From: the human T2T-CHM13v2.0 reference genome, Homo sapiens
Strand: one strand, 5' to 3'
DNA: 64,000 nucleotides
Assembly: GCF_009914755.1 (NCBI RefSeq)
Contig: NC_060925.1
The notes beneath the pieces were generated by a model. That model was not told the DNA's origin. It searched no databases and saw only the letters and a list, made by a program, of their open reading frames with translations. Positions 1 through 13,140 of the stretch are shown in pieces; the stretch's first letter is position 1; each line of letters opens with the position of its first letter. The translations under genes were made by a program, and so were the position numbers.

Positions 1-151
1 CCCTAAAATGTATAACACCAAGCGTAGCCCAACCAAATTAGGCACATGTTCTGAGGAATCCCTGAGGCTGTATCACGGGCTATGGTACTTAACCTTGGCA
101 AAATAAACCTATGAACTGATTGAGACCCGTCTCAGATGCTTTTTGGTTTAT
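1..151 (+). mobile_element. ERV1-class (MER4-group-like) LTR 3' end
   Basis: ccctaaaatgtataa...AATAAA...gagacccgtctcagatgctttttggtttata resembles a MER4-group LTR terminus. Confidence 0.55.
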
Positions 152-1399
152 AGGTTTCACACTCATGGCTTTTTTCCTAAGAGATTGAATTAAATTCTCT
201 AGGTTAAAGTCCAAACTTCCCATCACAGTATATTGAGCCCATTCATCATATATTATGGCCACAATGACCACCTGCTCTTTCCCCAACACACCACCACCTT
301 TCATGACTTTATTTTTGTATATATTTTTGCTTCAACTGTTGTAGAAGGGCTGCACAGGCCTTCTGAGCCCAAGATTCCTCATTTGCAAAGTGAGGGAAAT
401 AATAGTAACCTCACAGGGAGAGACAAACAAACAGATCCTTTCATCATTAGAGGTTTTAAAACAGTTGATGATAAGAAGCACAGAGGAGAGATACTAAGCC
501 CAGTGTGGGGGTCCAGGAATCAACTTCCTGCCAGTCCCCACTGATAAGCTATTTGTTTCTAAACTTGTGCTGTTTTAAATTATGTTGCAATGAATATCTT
601 TACATCTGTATCTTTACGCACATATCTGAATATGTCTGTAGGATAAACTCCTAGAAGTAGAATTGTTGCATCGAAGGATATGTGTCTTTTTAGAATTTTA
701 ATAGATGTTGCAAATTATTTCTCAAAGAGAATGTACCAATTTGTGCTTCTACTAATTATGAAGGTGAAAGCTTGTTTCTCTTACCTTGGTCAAGAGAGCA
801 TATCATTGTACTTTTATTTTTTAATTAAACCCACGAAAACCTTTTGACTATCCAGTGTTGAGTGTCCCTAGTCAGATCCCGATAGATTTACTATCCTGTG
901 CCATACAGCAGTCCAGTGGTACAGTCCCCCAAGGGTCAGTGCACTTATTTGTAATGCTAACCCATCCAACTCCTGAATTCCTTGCTAGCTGTTCTGTAGT
1001 TAGCTCAAAGAACTGCACTTCTGACTGTAATTCCTTATTAAATACCCGTTTTCTGTCCATTAGAGCTCTTATTCCAAGCTAGATCATTGTAGTCCTTCGC
1101 GAGATTTTCAGCATGTACTATAGTTAGCCCATATTGGTTTAGTTTGTTCCCTAGTCACTCTACCTGCAAAGATAATTGGTTTCAATGTTTGACATTCTAC
1201 TTATAATGAGAATCCTCATATAAATGTACACGCCTGATAGAGCTGAGACTAAAAAATTGGTACAACACACTACTGTCTTTTTCAGTTCAAAGGCGTCAGT
1301 CTCACTGCAGTGTGGGAGATGACCATTCTCTCATCTCTTAACAGTAAATATACCCTAGTGCATCATGTTAAGTTGTAATAGCCAAGCTAATTAGCTTTG

Positions 1400-1648
1400 G
1401 ACCTAGAGATGGCAGAGTTGTATAAAGTTAAGAGTCTTGGCTCAGGAGTCAATAGACTTGGGTTCGAATGTTGCTTTTACTACTTAACAGCTGTGTAGCT
1501 TTGGGCAAGATACATTGTCTCTGAAATTCTGTTTCCTCTTTTGTAAAACGGAATGATAATAGTACATGCCTATAGAATTGCTAGAAGGATTAAATGAGAT
1601 TTGTAAGTAGTACATCTAATACATAAGAAGCAGTAAACTGTTATTATG
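1400..1648 (+). mobile_element. MIR SINE
   Basis: Core gacttgggttcgaat...ctgtgtagctttgggcaag...tctgtttcctc...ggattaaatgagat. Confidence 0.75.
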
Positions 1649-2477
1649 ACTGTAATTCATTGAATCTAAAATGATATTAATTATAGGATACACCATTAAA
1701 GAAAGCATAAGAAAAGGGAAAACATGGCCAAATAACTACACAATGTCTTTTAGACTTAATTAAAATAGACTTATAAAATCATAAATAATGAATAAACAGG
1801 GAAACATATGTGAAATAAATTGGGTAAGATACTTCTAAAATGTTTTTACATTCAGATTCTGACTTTTCTGAATCACTTTCCAACTCATATTTATCAGTGC
1901 CCATGTTTCCTCACTCCTGTGACATCTTTTCTATGAAAATCATGGGAAGTGCTGCATTTCTTAAAGGAAGTCATAAAAAAGTAACAGTCGTTGTTGCCAG
2001 ACTTTTAAGCTGGTTTTATAATTATCTGGAGCTAACTTGCTTTTGACTTCTGCTCCAGGAATGTTGCTACACAAGTCTGATTCACCACCCACCCCATTTT
2101 TCCCACAACTAACAGTTGCTTCACTGTTGTCTCTAGAAATTTTCTCCAAGCTGCTTACACCATTTTGTAAATTTTGATGCTGGTATTTTAATGTTCATAT
2201 AAGCAATGAAAACTATAACAAGACAGCAATTATTAGATACATCATGATTTCAGAGATGTTAAAACATTGTTTAAAAAAGTCTTAGAATATATAAAATAAA
2301 ATAAAAAATCCTGAGCTCTAGGCAAACAAACTTCAAAATGTCTAGGAAAAAAAAGTTACATATAGTCCTACATGTGGCCAGAGACTAAAGGTGGACATCT
2401 TTCAGGATGAATTGGAGGTCCTCAAAAAATCTGAAGGGGAAAGTAAAGACTGTTTAGTTCAACCAAGAAACCATTTA

Positions 2478-2906
<429 letters not shown>

Positions 2907-3149
2907 TTAAAAAGTTCTTCCTTACTATAATGAGCAAAATGATTTTGTTGTAACTTCTACTCACTGTACCCCCTTGTGTTACACAGAACAAATCTAATTT
3001 CTGGCCCTCTTGACAGGCCTTCAGATAACTAAAGACACTGCTTAGCTCATGCCTATGTTTTCTTAAAGGTATACTATTTCATTCGAATTTTTTTTTCCTC
3101 AGGGTTTTTAACTTTTTCAAATTTGGAATTCCTTCTCCATCCTGGCCTT

Positions 3150-3502
3150 TTTATTTTTATTTTTATTTTTGCTGTTAACCTATTTTTATTTTGTTTTATT
3201 TTTATTATATTTTAAGTTCTGGGGTACATGTGCAGAACGTGCAGGTTTGTTACATAGGTATACATGTGCCATGGTGGTTTACTGCACCCATCAACCCGTC
3301 ATCTGCATTACGTATTTCTCCTAATGCTATCCCTTCCCTACCTCCCTAGCCCCCAACAGGCCCCAGTGTGTGATGTTCCCCTCCCTGTGTCCATGTGTTC
3401 TCATTGTTCAACTCCCACTTATGAGTGAGAACATGCGGTGTTTGGTTTTCTGTTCTTGTGTTAGTTTGCCGGGAATGATGGTTTCTAACTTCATCCATGT
3501 CC
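3150..3502 (-). mobile_element. L1PA 3' end fragment
   Basis: ttttaagttctggggtacatgtgcagaacgtgcaggtttgttacatagg... matches the reverse complement of the L1PA 3' UTR. Confidence 0.9.
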
Positions 3503-4129
3503 CCCCAAACCACTCGTTTTTTAAATAGCATATCTCCAGTTTTAAAATTTGGGACCCATGACTTACTTACCATGTTCCTCAGATGGATGTGTCCAGGGAG
3601 AATACGGCAGGAAGGCAGGGTTTTATTTTTATTTTGTACAATTAAACAATTGTACTTGTGACAGGATGTCAGAAATGATATTTCAAGATACAGTGGACAT
3701 GAAATTCTGAAGCTGGATCATCATATGAAGAATTTACAAAGGAAATGGTTGAGGATCTATCTGTTCCTTGACTTTTGGACTCTGAAATCATGTCAAGGGA
3801 TAAAAAGGGGCCAGGATATGGAGAGGAGAGAGGATCTGTGAAATGATTTATTTGCCATATTTCCCCTTCATAGTGGGGAGGCATGGGAAGCTTACCTCCT
3901 CATTCTCAAGCCTAATGAGAAAGATACCCATGGAATCACCCAGGTAGGTCTGAAATGTATTCTCTGCAGTAGGGAGATACAGGGAACTGGGCCTGACTTA
4001 GGCTTGAGAAAGTTAAAGTGAGCTATGGTGGTAGGATAGAAGAGCCTATTTTAGGATTAGCCAGCCCTACAAAAGATCCAGGAGCCACATCTATATATAT
4101 TTCTGTGGCCTATGAAAAACAGAGTGCTT

Positions 4130-4470
4130 GCTGGGCACAGTGGTGCATGCCAGTAGTCCCAGCTCCTCAGGGGGCTGCAGTAGGAGGATCGCTTGAACCC
4201 AGGAGTTCTGGGCTCTAGTGCACTATGCCCATTGGGTATTCATACTAAGTTCGGCATCAATATGGTGATCTCCTGGGAGCAGGGGATCTCTAGATTGCCT
4301 AAGGAGAGGTAAATGGCCCGGGTGAGAAATGGAGCAGGTCAAAACTCTGTGCTGACTAATAGTGAGATAGCACCTGAGAATACCCACTGCACTCCAACCT
4401 GGCCAACACAGAAAGACACTGTGTCTTTATAAAAAGAAAGAAACAATAACAATAAAATTAAGAAGAAAGA
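4130..4470 (+). pseudogene. 7SL (SRP RNA) processed pseudogene with A-rich tail
   Basis: Alu-like ends flank the 7SL-specific S domain (ACTAAGTTCGGCATCAATATGGTGA...GGAGCAGGTCAAAACTC). About 300 nt, many substitutions, A-rich tail. Confidence 0.9.
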
Positions 4471-4849
4471 GACCTAGTATGGGGTTGCCTTGGTTCCTGT
4501 ACTATAGGGTCACCAGGAGGGGCAGATAAAGGCACCAAAAAGCTGGAGTTGCATCTATATTCCTAGGGGCAGAGGAAAGAGGTGCACTGGAACACCTGGA
4601 GGAGAGATGCATCTGCCTTGAGCACAACACCCTAAGGAAACAATTCCCAGAAATAAACATCCAAAAAGTCTACAAAAATGCTCATGGGAGAACAAGTTAG
4701 CTTTAGCCACCTGTCAAATTCAGAGAGTAGAAAGCAGCTCAGCCAAATAACTTTCTGTTCCCTTACCTATTCTCCCTTTCTTCCCTCTGCTCTCCTACTT
4801 TGGCCTACGTGAGAAGCAAACAGACGCTAATGAGAGGAGGAGGGGATGT

Positions 4850-4886
4850 GGAGAGAGAGAGAGAGAGGGAGAGAGAGAGAGAGAGA
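4850..4886. repeat. (GA)n microsatellite
   Basis: Seen directly. Confidence 0.95.
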
Positions 4887-5084
4887 AACACCAATCAAGT
4901 CCCTTCCCCAAGTCAACACCTTAAATGGATAAGTAAGAAGACAGACTTACCTTTGGATAAAGACTGGAGGTCTGATTAACATCTAGAATGGGCATCCTGA
5001 TTTAGAAATTGAAACTATACTTGTAGCCTAAAGTCATTATAAGACTCTCCATTACCTAAAGAAGCAGAAAAATCATGGCTATTT

Positions 5085-5276
5085 GCAAACTTTAATGTAC
5101 ACATGAATCACCAGGGCGCTGGGTGATTCATGTGTACATTAAAGTTTGCCAATATCCACGGCAAATGCAGATTGTGATTCAGTGGTCTGGGGTGGGGCCT
5201 GAGAGTCTGCATTTCTGAGAAGCTTCTAATTGATGCCAATGTTGAAGGTTCTTGGGCCACACTTTGAGTAGCAGGG
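5085..5276. mobile_element. MER5A-like hAT-Charlie MITE with internal inverted duplication
   Basis: caaacttt...gaatcacc and gattcagtggtctggggtggggcctgagagtctgcatttct...ccacactttgag. Confidence 0.75.
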
Positions 5277-6808
5277 TGCTGTGAGCCAGGGAGGATTACC
5301 CACACTGAATACATTTTAAATTGATTTTGAAAGATAAAAGAGCTACATTTTGATCAGGTAATGAATTGTGCTTTTAACATACAAGTTACACTTTATTTAA
5401 TTTTTCAAACATTATTATGAATATAGTCTATTTGAAAACTTCATACTGTATTAAAAAAATGTTAAGCCTATTTTTCTTGCCATCCTCCCACCCACTCCCT
5501 CAGTGGGTTATAGATGTAACCACTATTTAACAATTTGATGTGCACTCTTCCAGGCCTTTTATTTTAAAAAAGAGCTTTTTAAGTATATTATTATATTGAT
5601 CAGGATTCAATTTCAGAGAACAGAATTAACTCTAGCTGGATTAAGGAGGAAGGAATTTATTACACAGTATTTAATAGCTTACAAAATGGTTGGGAGAGAT
5701 GAAGAGACAGACTGTAGTTTGTGTTCTCAGCAAAGTTTCCCAATATCAGTTCAACAAGGGAGTTGCTGCCTCTTCTGAGATCAGAAATTTGCCAGCCTTG
5801 GGTCACACAGCCATTGCTATGATTAAGAAAACAGTCACGATAGAAGAGACACTGCTATTGCTACGGTGCCAAGACCATACCTGTCTTCTATGGTCCAAGG
5901 AATGGATGCTCAGGGCCCTGCCCCTAGCAACACAAAGCTAGATCCTGGACACTAGGTAGGTACTATTGCTGGTAAAGAAAAACCAAAATCTTTCTCAACC
6001 AGGTTTCCAGAAGCAACATCAGCTGCAGTAGTACAGCCTCCGCTTCACTTTTACCTTCCATGTGTTGTATAAGGGCTTCTGAATGGCCAGACTTAAATTA
6101 CACCAAGCACCTCACTGCAGGGGAGTCACGGTCCCTTTTACATTTCCAGGCTCTGCAGTTCAGAAAGGCACTTGAGATGGTAATGAGTGGATGTTGACAC
6201 CACCTCTACAGACAACAAAGGGGTTAGTCCTAGAATTTTATTGCTGGAAAAGACTTAGGGATTTAGTCTAACTTGTTAATTTGAGAGAAAGGAAATTGAG
6301 ACCCAGAGAGCTGAAATGACTTGATAGTGATGGAATAGAAATAGAACTCCAGCCATTTACATGGAGTTGAATGTAGCCTAACGAGATAGCTTCCTCTCCA
6401 GGACTCGTGATATTCTCCAGCCCCATTGGGCTTATTGCCTATAAACTTACCAGAGAGATTGTTTTCATCTAAAGCACACCTCTTTGCTCCCCAACTTTTG
6501 TTTATGCAGTTCATTTTGGGGACCAAAATGCAAAACCTTATACCTTATATTTATCTCTTTTAAATTATGTCTTTGTTAATGTAATAAGACAATTTTTGAT
6601 CCCAGTACAGTCCCTCCCAGCTTGTAACACATGCATATTAGGTAAGCATATCTTTATGCTCTAATCAAAATTACTTTTTTAAAAAATTGAATAAAGCAGA
6701 TGAAAGAAATTTGGGTGGAGCTCTATCTCACTAGAAATCTATTTCTTGATCGCTACCTATCTGTGTTGTACTCTTTTGGTATGATTGTTTGACCAATTAC
6801 CAGCCTAG

Positions 6809-7051
<243 letters not shown>

Positions 7052-9720
7052 TAGTTGACTGTTCTCATATTGAGCTCATAATTATCTCCCTTGTCCACAA
7101 GGAGGTCTGTCCAGAAGCCTAGGGAAGTACCCAGTATATGAACATTTCCCTAATCTGCCTGTCTACTCATCCTGTCAAAAAAAAAAAAAAAGAAAACCAA
7201 AAAAACAGACTATCAGGGCAAGACCATTCTTGGTAAGCTCATGCTGGCACCTAGTGGACACTGCTTCTTTTTAGGAGCATTTACAAGCCCTTCCTGCAGT
7301 CATCTGCCCTGAGAATATCATTTTGGATTGGAGGCAGCCTTAAGGTTTGATAGCCTGAAGGTATAGAAGCAGGTGGGACTTGCCCATGGAGTACCCCTGT
7401 AGCCCCAGTAAGGGGATTTGAGATCCTCTGTGAGAGGGCTGTGAACATGAAGCCTGTGAGGGACAAGGACACGAGACTGCAGGAGCCCTGGCCTATGACA
7501 GCACTGCGACTCTGTGGCCACCATAAGGGCGGATGTGGCCAGGGTGACTGAACACATGTTCCAAGACAGCTTGCAAAGTCTCAAAACTAATTCTCCTTTT
7601 TGCCTAGACATGCCAGGCACATTGAATAAAACAACTTCAAGTGTCTTAGTCTTCATGTCTCTGCCACCTTTGCCTCATCGCTCTTTCTACCACCCTTTCC
7701 AGGCCCTTATCCCTCATTTCTTTCACCCGTGGGAAAGACCCAGCTTAAAGTCACCTATTCTAAGAATTTTTCCCAGCTTCCTCCAGCTAAAATGAATTAT
7801 TTCTTTGTCCCAGCCGCCAAAGTATTTTGTTTGTACTGTCAATTGAATGTATGGTTTGAGACATCTGGGAGAAAGAAGGGGATATATTTGGTGGTAAGGA
7901 GATATGTTTGTTGGCATGACATCTTAAAGGATTTGGAAATAATCTGTGGACTAACCTAAAGTTTACAGGACTTCTGATTTTTCTAGTTCAAAAATCCTTT
8001 AGGGAATATTAGAGAAGGCATTATTGGCCTTAACTTTTTTGGATAGGGGCACAGAAGTTCAGAGAGCTTAACTGGCTGGGCCAAAGTTATTTAACTACTA
8101 CGTGACAGAACCAAAATTTAAATCTAGGGTTTGTGCATGCAAGTCCAGAGCTCTTTCCACTATAACACACTGGCCTAAGTGCAGGCAGCAAAAGCTCTCC
8201 AAGGTTGTGACGGGACCCATGGCCATTCTCTGCATTTTGTCTGTCCGGGGAAGAATGGAGGGAGAGGGTTTGTGCAAAGTGTCACTCAGCAAACCCTGAT
8301 GTGGAATGGGGAACATCTGTGGTCTCCCTTGCCCCACTCATCTGACTCTCTGTTTACCAATTTCTTCTTGAATCAAAAAAGGAACTGAGAGCATGGCCCA
8401 AATGTCACGAACCGGTTCCTGCCCCAGCATTTCTCAGAAGGACAGATAAACAATGTGATGGATGTGCTAATGTTGGGTTGGGTGGGGAGGGTCGGAAGTC
8501 GGGCAGGAAGAGTTATTTGCTCAGTTGGCCAAGTTATTCCTACGCAGTGAGAGGGCTTCAACTACCAATCCATTATCGCTGGTCCTAGGGTTCTGTAGAG
8601 CTGAAGTTATTGCCTCAGAATCTTGATAATAGGTGCTACAGAAGGAGGACACATCTTTACAAAGACGAGCCTCTAAATGAATATGCAGACTTAGGGATGT
8701 GGTTGTGGCAGGGTAGATGATTAAGATCTACTTTTCTCTAAGTTCTCATGGCCATTGAATTCCTGGACTGGTTGTGTAGTGATTTATCTCTGCCCAACAG
8801 CTTTTCTCACCAGTCACCCATAGCCATTTCTCCAGGCCACTTCTTCACCATAGCTCCAGCCTCTCCTGTTCTGCATCCTCTCTGAACTGCCTCTAGTGCA
8901 GTGGTTTAACTTAGAATTTCTTTATCGCACTAATGAGATATGTTGTCCATTCTTACTACGGCTCTGCAATGTGCCTATACTTATTCCTATTTTACATATT
9001 AAGGAGCTGAGACTTGGGAAATCAAATAACTTTTTAAGAGTACACGATTACCTATTAGTAAGTAGCAGGCCCAGATGCAGCTTGGGATTCACTTCTAGGT
9101 TTTCTCTGGCCTCAGACTATGTGCCTCAAAGACAGTGCTAAATTTGAACTCATCACGTCCTAGGTACCTACCTTCTATAGAATCATGTTATTATTCTTCC
9201 ATTTATATTTTTGTTCGACATTGTTATTTGGGAGCCTCAAAGTATATTTTCACATCTGTCCTAGATCTTAAGTCGCATTAAGAACATAATTGTAAAAATT
9301 GACAAACAGTTACTGATAACTCACGGATGCAGGAGGGCACTGGTGGCAATGCTGGAAATATTAATAGAAAGAGGAACTTGTATTTGGACCATGATGAGGA
9401 GGTGATGAGACAAAAGAAGGGAAATTTCTCTGTGACTGCTCAGCAGAGATCTGCACTTATAGTAAATGTTCTATAGATGATAATTATAAATCACAACTGT
9501 GACTATGCTCTAGAAGCCCACAAGTTTTGAGAAACAACTAGAGTAAGAAGACTGGGGTCATGTGTATCCGCATGCGGTCAGCCTTGTTACATAAAATGGG
9601 TGCCTTCTCAAAAAAGCAAGCCATCGCACACTTGACGATCTCTTAGCATTTATAAGAAATTTTTGCTTACTCAATATTCATCAAGATTGCAGTTTTAATG
9701 GTGATAAAAACAAATTGTGG

Positions 9721-9722
<2 letters not shown>

Positions 9723-9761
<39 letters not shown>

Positions 9762-9766
9762 TGTGT
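9723..9766. repeat. (TG)n microsatellite
   Basis: Seen directly. Confidence 0.95.
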
Positions 9767-9957
9767 ATCTACTAATCCTAAAACAGAGAGCCTCTTCTCC
9801 TTTCCTTGACGGGAAAGCAACCCAGCTCCCTCTCTAAAGATAGCATTTCCTTCCTTGGGCCTAACATCCTGATTATGCTCTTACAGGGCTTCCATATTCA
9901 TTTTTCCTTTTTTCAAGACAAGTGCAGAGAAAACGTATTTTACCAAAAGGCAAATAA

Positions 9958-9971
9958 TGCCCCCTAGTGGC
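9958..9971 (-). promoter_or_regulatory. CTCF core motif
   Basis: Minus strand GCCACTAGGGGGCA matches CCASYAGRKGGCR. Confidence 0.65.
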
Positions 9972-10462
9972 TAAAATCCTAAATACAGAAGCTGTTAAAT
10001 TCACTCCCAGTTAGATATATACTGAGCCAGCCTCTGCGGGCATTCAGTAACAATCGAGATGTGTCTCCTGCCCCTATCCTTGAAGGAACTTATGCAGTAA
10101 TTTTAGGGAATTGAGAAGGGAAATCTCACTTCTAAGGATACCATAATAAAATGTCAGTAAATGAACCCTTACGTTTCACCTCTTTTCCAGAATATAAATA
10201 TCTATTATTCTTCATGGTGAAGAATTTTAATAATACTAGTTGAAATAGATAAATAAAAACTATATAAGAAGAAGTACATAATGCATTTCATGTAAGTCTC
10301 TCTCATAATGCCCACTCCCATAAATAACTAGTTAATGGTTTTATATACCATCTATCTTTCAACATTTTTCATATATGTGCATACATATATGTATTTTTAA
10401 AGTAAATGTGCTCAGACATTTCTACTTGTAAACCAGCTTTTTAAAACTTTATGATATAACCA

Positions 10463-11140
10463 TACAATCCAGCAATCCCACTGCTAGGTATATACCCCAA
10501 AGAAAGGAAATCAGTATGTCAAAGAGATATCTGCACTTCCGTGTTTGCTGCAGCACTATTCACAGTAGCCAAGATATGGAAGCAACCTATGTGTCCATCG
10601 ACAGATGAATGGATAAAGAAAATGTGGTACTCATGTGATAGAGTACTACTCAGCCATAGAAAGAATTAGATTCAGTCACTAGCAACAACATAGATGGAAC
10701 TGTGGATCATTATGTGAGTGAAATAAGCCAGGTAGAGAAAGACAAACATCGCACGTTCTTACTTATTTATGGGATCTAAAAATCAAAACAATTGAACTTA
10801 TGGAGATAGAGAGTAGAAGGATGGTTACCAGAGGCTGGGAAGGGTAGCTGGCGGTTAGGGAGGAGGTGAGGATGATTAATTGTTACCAAAAGAAAAAGAA
10901 ATAGAATAAGGCCTAGTATTTGATAGCACAACAGGATGACTATACTCAATAATAATATAATTTTACATTTAAAAATAAGTAAAAGGGTGTAATTGGATTG
11001 TAGCACAAAGGATAAATGCTTGAGGGGATGGATACCCCATTTTCTGTAATGTGATTATTACACATTGCACGCCTATATCAAAACATCTCATGTACCCCAT
11101 AAATATATACACCTAGTATGTACCCACAAAATAAAAAAAT
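10463..11140 (+). mobile_element. L1MA 3' end
   Basis: ccagcaatcccactgctaggtatataccc...gatgaatggataaagaaaatgtgg...gtacccacaaaataaaaaa. Confidence 0.88.
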
Positions 11141-11305
11141 ATTATTTTAAAAAACTTTCTGATATAGCTACCACATCCCTCTTTGTTATATTTCTTAGTA
11201 GTTGCCTAGTATTTCACTGAATTGATAAAACAACCCATTTAACCAATCTATTACTTGTAGTCATTTAGATGTCTCCAGTTATTCAATATTATAGACAGTG
11301 GATGC

Positions 11306-11895
11306 TGTATCGGCAGTCACCAAGATCATCCTCAGGCTCCCTCAGGCTCCCTCAGGCTCACTGATTTACTAGGAGGATTCACAGAACTCAGAAAAGCTGA
11401 TATACAAAGTTATGGTTTATTAGAGTGAAAGGATACAGATTAAAATTCAGCGAAGGGAAAAGGCCCAGGGGTGAAGTTCAAGAGAAACCAGGTGCAAGCT
11501 TCCAGGTATGGCCTCCCAGAAGAATTTGTACAGAGATGTGCTTAATTTTCCCAGCAATGATGCATGGCAACATGTGTGAAGTATTGCCGAGCAGGAAGCT
11601 CACCCAAGCCTTGGGTTTTTATTGCGGGCCAGTTGCATGGGCATGCGTCACCTGCATGACTGACCTTACCTACTCAATTTCCAGCCTCCCGGAGGTCAAA
11701 CTGATACAGCATGGCCCAGGGCCTCAGGCATACGGAAACAGGCTTTACCATAGTCACGCTGTTAGCATATCTAGTCAAACTGATATAGTGTGGCATGAGG
11801 AGTTGGTCAAGGGCCAGTCCTCCCGAAGACAGACCATTCCTTGAACTTGCAGGGCTTGAGCAATCAGAACCTGCAGAGTTAACCCTTTACTACAC
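11306..11895. mobile_element. MER21-like LTR
   Basis: ccaagatcatcctcaggctc...cacagaactcagaaaagctg...tatggtttattagagtgaaaggatacagattaaaa; contains 3x CCTCAGGCTC. Confidence 0.65.
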
Positions 11896-12791
11896 ATACG
11901 TCTTTTATATTTATGATCTGAACACTGACTAGGCCTTCAGCAGCCCGTTCCCACAGGTCTGCTTCCATGTATGCTCTCCACAGAGAGTATTCACATATTC
12001 GCCACTCTCCTCAGGCAATTTTTCCTCAAACTGGCTATTCTTCTCACAGCTCTATCCTCACAGCATATAAACTAGGTTTTTATTTCACCCAGAAAATAGA
12101 AACCATCAGAAGAGAATGCCTTTAACTTCTTGCCGCCAAAACTCCTGAGCCTCCCTTCATCCCCACCCATTATTTTCTTCTTTCCTCTGGTTACCATGGA
12201 AAAGGTTAATCATCCACTGGGCTTTGGATCCCATTCCACCCCCTAATTAATTCAAGGACTCCTTTTCTCCTGTATCTTTAACTGTTTTCCCTCTTCTGAT
12301 ATGTCTACAACTTTTCCTATAGAAAAAAGAAAAAGAAAAGAAACACCTCCCTCTTTCACACTTCCCTTTGGGTATGGTCTCTTCTTTCTTTCATCTTGAA
12401 AGTTGAGTCCACACCTACCACCTCCATTTTCCTGCTTTCCACTTCCTCCTTGCCTCCTGCAATCAGGTTCCATTTCCCCAACCCCACTCCCAACAATCTC
12501 ACCGAAACTACTCTCGCTATGGATACTAAGACCTTGTGATTGTTAAACCTGATGAAAGCTTTTAGTCCTCACTTTATTTGGCCTCTCTAGTATGACTCAT
12601 CCTTGGTTTCTAAGATACCAAATTTTCTTATTATCTGTTCCACTATGACTCAGTTTCTGTTGTGGGTTCCTTTTGCTTATGTGTCCCTTAAATCTTATTT
12701 TTCCTCAGCAATTGCTCAATTCTTTTTGTATTTTATTCTCTCATCCTAGGCAATCTCATCAATCCTAGTTCATTCATAAAATGATGACTGG

Positions 12792-13140
12792 GGCTGGGCA
12801 TGGTGGCTCACACCTGTATCCCAGCACTTTGGGAGGCCGAGGCAGGTGGATCACCTGAGGTCAGGAGTTCAAGACCAGCCTGGCCAACATAGTGAAACCC
12901 TGTCTCTACTAAAAATACAAAAAAAAAAAAAAAAAAAAAAATTAGCCAGGCAGGGTTGTGCGCACCTGCAATCCCAGCTACTTGGGAGGCTGAGAATATC
13001 TTGAACTGAGGAAGAAGAATAGCTGAGGCAGGAAAATAGCTTGAACCCAGGAGGTGGAGGTTGCAGTGTGCTGAGATCGCACCACTGCACTCCAGCCTGG
13101 GCGACAGAGCAAGACTCCATCTCAAAAAGAAAAAAAAAAA
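12792..13140 (+). mobile_element. AluS with internal insertion in right arm
   Basis: Dimeric Alu with long middle A-run and ~33 extra nt near 12992-13022; followed by (ATG)n. Confidence 0.92.

Noticed and set aside
1650-2290. Possible old Tigger/MER-type DNA transposon remnant
   Set aside because: Too degenerate to assign a family or ends by eye.
10463-11140. Apparent long-range inverted repeat with 57320-57760
   Set aside because: Two independent, diverged L1MA 3' ends 46 kb apart.
11425-11844. 139-aa ORF
   Set aside because: Lies within a MER21-like LTR, has a non-ATG start and no recognisable domain.
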